Below, in pieces: positions 61,146-64,000 of a stretch of DNA of 64,000 bases; position 1 is the first letter of the stretch, and each line of letters opens with the position of its first letter. The position numbers and the translations under genes are program-made. The stretch is taken from positions 34,782,001-34,846,000 of the forward strand of contig CM022670.1 in the NCBI GenBank assembly GCA_012295275.1, read 5' to 3'. The DNA comes from Chrysomallon squamiferum (Eukaryota; Animalia; Mollusca). The notes beneath the pieces were generated by a model, which saw only the letters and a program-made list of their open reading frames with translations, had not been told where the DNA came from and searched no databases.

Positions 61146-61606
61146 CATACATGACAAAGCGTTACCTGTAAAATAAATGACATATAACTGTGTTAAGGAC
61201 ATAGTGAGCCCTATCGTTAGCAGAGGTTGTTCTCATAATACGTAAACTTGCACAGATCTGTGACTGAACCGTGTTACAAACTACACCACACACACAGCAA
61301 ACGTGTCCATGGTTGGTTAACTAGGGCGGACAGGTTAATTAGCGGTTGATTAATAGTAGTGTGTTTGCACGAATTTCCTATCAGGAGCAGTGGAAAAGAT
61401 CGTGTAGAGTCATGTTCGTTCATGCACCTTGCCTTAGCTGATTGTGAACCAGATTCGTATAATTTTATACCGTGTAAACATACACCCACTTAATGAGGTG
61501 GATGATATTGTGAGTGTTATTATTGACTGTTTAATATCAAATTTGAAATGAAAGGCTCACAAATGCTCCGAGACAGAAGCAAAGACCAAAAGACATACAC
61601 ATTTAT

Positions 61607-61809
<203 letters not shown>

Positions 61810-62194
61810 TGTTTTATTATAATTTTTAATATATTTTTTTTTAAGAGAGATTACTTGGTTTTTGGCTTCTTTATCTTTTAACATTCTTATTTATTTATTT
61901 ATTGAAAACTTACTAACAAAACTTTCCACTGTTTTAAACCTTATGTCAAACATCTTAAATCAGCCACAGATAATATTAGTTTTACACACACTTCAAAGCG
62001 AGAGCGGAATACACACGCTTCTTGGCACGTATTTCTCCACACAGAATAAACAAAACATAAAAGTGTAGGGTTCAAGAGAGATTTACATATAAATTCTAGT
62101 GGCACGTATAACAGGTGTTCGAACATGATTTTTAAAAACAACGGATACGAGGTTAGAAACTGAGGTATACTGAAGTGTGACATGTCAGGAAGAA

Positions 62195-62247
<53 letters not shown>

Positions 62248-62411
62248 GACAGACACACACGCACATGTTGTTCATGTTGAGAGTTACTCATACCATTCAT
62301 TTTAATATTATCGAAATAAGAAAATAACATTAACAACAACTATTACTATAATCACAAGAGTCGACGACAATCACCACTACCACCACCACCAACAGCAACA
62401 ACAATGGCACC

Positions 62412-62467
<56 letters not shown>

Positions 62468-62599
62468 CGAGATAAGGAAAAAAGATCTTTATTTAAATAC
62501 GTTTTCAACACACGCACACACACAAATGCACAAGAAATCCATGAAACACACAAACACTTTATATATCTCACCTATAAATTTCCTTTACTTCAAACGAAG

Positions 62600-62965
62600 A
62601 AAATTATTAAAATTCAATCCTTCACGCGAGACATTCATGCTGCTATTATACACTGAAATCGGTCTCTGTATTTGCCAATGACCTTTTAAATCGATTGACC
62701 AAAACTATACAACAATACAATATTCATATCAGCTAAGAAATAATTAAAGTTAATGGGAAATTCTTGCCTTTTTCTTAATCTGCCACTCTCGATATTGATC
62801 TCACTGATACAAACCGCTAACTTCATGTCAACAGAGAGGAAGGGTGATAATGTGGACCCTTGCCAGACACCCAACTGTTTTTGTTTTGCACGAATAAGTA
62901 AAAATATACCTGGTTATTATGCGGATGGCTGTAAACAGCTTGACTTCAGTTTGTGTGTATAAGGT
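62600..62965 (-). mobile_element. Fossil non-LTR retrotransposon (LINE) reverse transcriptase fragment
   Basis: Minus-strand translation GVWQGSTLSPFL matches the non-LTR RT motif GVxQGxxLSPxLF. It is followed at a plausible spacing by YFLADMNIVLL (decayed YADDxxLL) and later GLNFN (GLxIN-like). The catalytic DD is lost. Confidence 0.6.
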
Positions 62966-63179
62966 GATATTTAAGTGGAACTGGTAAAGTTATATCAGTA
63001 TTTTATTTTATTTTATTTATCAAGCGTGTGCACTATTTGAGAAAAGCGTGCACACTATTCGTTACACTCTGGGTTTTAATTTGTGTTTAATATAATTGTT
63101 AGGTTTTTTTTTATAATTTTATAACGAAAGTTATATGTTATATTATCATAAATATACCAAAGGGTTTAAATAAATAAAG

Positions 63180-63425
63180 TGAAATTAGATGTACATAAGT
63201 TAAAAAATAATATAAAGGAGCAAATATATTATAAGATAAAATAAAATGAAATGAAATAAAAAAAAGTAAATAAGAAATTTTAAGGTACAAATCATAAGAT
63301 TCTGAAATTAGATGTACATAAGTTAAAAAATAATATAAAGGAGCAAATATATTATTAGATAAAATAAAATGAAATGAAATAAAAAAAAGTAAATAAGAAA
63401 TTTTAAGGTACAAATCATAAGATTC
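63180..63425. repeat. Recent 123-bp tandem duplication, 2 near-identical copies
   Basis: tgaaattagatgtacataagttaaaaaataatataaaggagcaaatatattat.agataaaataaaatgaaatg..taaggtacaaatcataagattc occurs twice. Confidence 0.95.
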
Positions 63426-64000
63426 TATAATAATTCCATTTCTTCTTTCTTTCTTTTTCTTTTTTCTTTCTCTCTCTTTTTTTTTTTTAACATTTTTTTT
63501 CCAGTTCGGTTTTATGTACGTAGACAGGAATTTTAATTTTTTATTATTTTTAATTTTTTTTTAATGAAGACATGTTCAGGAAAGAAATGCAATAACTCAC
63601 AGACATATATATATATTATATTATGCTTATACTATTCACAAAATAAAAACACGTCTTTATCTGATAATAACCTCTCGGCTGTATGACGGTTTTCGGTGAT
63701 AATAACGCTATGATATCTTTACAGAAAACACTTTGAATTCGTTTCACGATATTGGCGTAAGTTCAAACAGTTTTATTATGTGTGTTTCATAATCTATATA
63801 TCAAAGAGTCCTGACATAATAAAACTGTTCCTAGCTGTTTTTAACTGTTACCCTTAGTGTGAAAAGTTCAGTGACTCTATTCGTATTAATATTTTGGCTG
63901 GTATATATAAAAAAGAACTCGAATAATAAATGAAATGGGATTATTATAGAAAGTTATGATTTGATTATTGAATTTATTTACTTATATATATATATATTTG

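Overview
AT-rich, microsatellite-dense eukaryotic (metazoan, probably molluscan/gastropod) genomic DNA with GT-AG introns. Almost all ORFs in the supplied track are microsatellite artefacts. Manual exon chaining gives four spliced genes. (1) The 5' part of a minus-strand secreted CD109/TEP/alpha-2-macroglobulin-family gene, running off the left edge. It has an unusual ~274-aa Cys-free extension after the signal peptide and a 20 x 58-bp tandem array that repeats one of its splice donors. (2) A complete 3-exon, 67-aa potato inhibitor I (MEROPS I13, eglin c/CI-2 type) gene with P1 = Lys. (3,4) Two convergent paralogous genes for proteins with two cyclic-nucleotide-binding domains (CNBD2-like) and matching intron phases. 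The + copy lacks two recognisable beta-roll exons, and a 51-bp minisatellite sits where they should be. The - copy has a degenerate phosphate-binding cassette. Also present: a fossil LINE reverse-transcriptase fragment, decayed SINE-like pieces, a (GA)n-associated dispersed element, fold-back/palindromic DNA and several local tandem duplications. A recurring theme is tandem duplication across exon-intron boundaries. All gene models were inferred by eye; no database searches were run.
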